From the IMG/VR virus record IMGVR_UViG_2974670102_000001, positions 160,001 through 224,000 of that record: a stretch of 64,000 nucleotides of DNA; one strand, given 5' to 3'. Both the position numbers and the translations under genes were made by a program. The stretch is from a virus (Duplodnaviria > Caudoviricetes). Positions 63,370-64,000 of this stretch are shown piece by piece; the stretch's first letter is position 1; the number at the start of each line of letters is the position of its first letter. Under the pieces are notes generated by a model. The model had not been told where the DNA came from, made no database searches, and worked only from the letters and a program-made list of their open reading frames with translations.

Positions 63370-63685
63370 GAGGCTGGCGGAAGCCTACGAGAAGCTGACT
63401 CGCGAAGACGTGTACGACATGATCAACAGGTCGAAGGAAGGCCCGCAAGCCAGCCTCACCAACGCTGAGGTCCAGAGTTTTCTGGAACAGGTTCGCGACC
63501 TCGCGTCCAAGCAGTTCGGGATCACGCTCGTCACCGACTACAACGGCCAGTACGGTGATGCAGGTGCCACGTACATGACGCTGCGCACCAACGACGCTGA
63601 AGCCACGTTCAAACTGATGAACGTCACGGACAACAGGGCCGAACAGAACCTGCGCGATATCGAGAACTGCTGGCGCGGCAAGTAA
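63356..63685 (+). CDS. Hypothetical protein
   Basis: GGAGG SD. Confidence 0.65.
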   Translation: MARSKRLAEAYEKLTREDVYDMINRSKEGPQASLTNAEVQSFLEQVRDLASKQFGITLVTDYNGQYGDAGATYMTLRTNDAEATFKLMNVTDNRAEQNLRDIENCWRGK

Positions 63686-63692
63686 AAAGCAG

Positions 63693-63730
63693 TTGACGCG
63701 ACACAAAACGGACCCTATACTGGGTCCGTT
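63693..63730 (+). promoter_or_regulatory. Sigma70-type promoter TTGACG-17-TATACT with the -10 box as hairpin loop
   Basis: AACGGACCC-TATACT-GGGTCCGTT. Confidence 0.8.
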
Positions 63731-63761
63731 GTCATTTCCAGACCCAGAAAAGGAGATTTCG

Positions 63762-64000
63762 ATGGATATTCAGGTTGTCGCTGCCGCAATTTTCGGGTTT
63801 TTGGCAGGTGCACTGCTCATGTTCCTGATTTTCGAGAACGTGCTGCTCAAGAACGCGGTTGCGCAGACCGAAAAGCCGAAGTATGATGGCGGTCAGTACA
63901 CAAACAGCGTGAAACCGAACAAGAATCGGCCCGATCCGGAGTGGCAATTCAGCGAATCGAAGTACATGAAGGCCAATTTTGGCCCAGACATCGATCCTGA
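63762..64000 (+). CDS. Membrane-anchored hypothetical protein (partial, runs off the window)
   Basis: AAGGAG SD; N-terminal TM segment. Confidence 0.6.
   Translation, partial: MDIQVVAAAIFGFLAGALLMFLIFENVLLKNAVAQTEKPKYDGGQYTNSVKPNKNRPDPEWQFSESKYMKANFGPDIDP

Overview
This 64 kb window is a segment of a lytic jumbo myophage genome (GC-rich, standard genetic code). Gene content resembles the RSL1/Lu11/PaBG/Y3-type 'hairy' jumbo phages; that assignment is from recall, not a search. (1) 1-8.9 kb: contractile-tail baseplate operon, a tail fibre with its chaperone, an Acb1-type anti-CBASS 2H phosphoesterase and a small Zn-finger gene. (2) 8.9-28.7 kb, mostly minus strand: modular fibre, LamG-tip and adaptor genes, a holin/GH19 lysis cassette and a 5'-3' exonuclease. 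(3) 28.7-48.4 kb: replication and recombination genes (Cas4-like nuclease, DnaX, SbcC, beta clamp, UvsW-like helicase, DnaB). (4) 48.4-64 kb: dense accessory/early region with sigma70-type promoters. Most unusual items: acyl-carrier-protein look-alikes with the phosphopantetheine motif deleted or substituted; two RMF-like microproteins bracketing a Thg1-like gene; sigma70 promoters whose -10 box sits at the centre of unrelated inverted repeats; two further candidate phage promoter motifs; two expanded paralogous families of unknown function; a small structured RNA candidate; and an out-of-frame uORF over the holin start. No tRNA, rRNA, CRISPR array, integrase or transposase was seen. All product calls come from motif recognition by eye.
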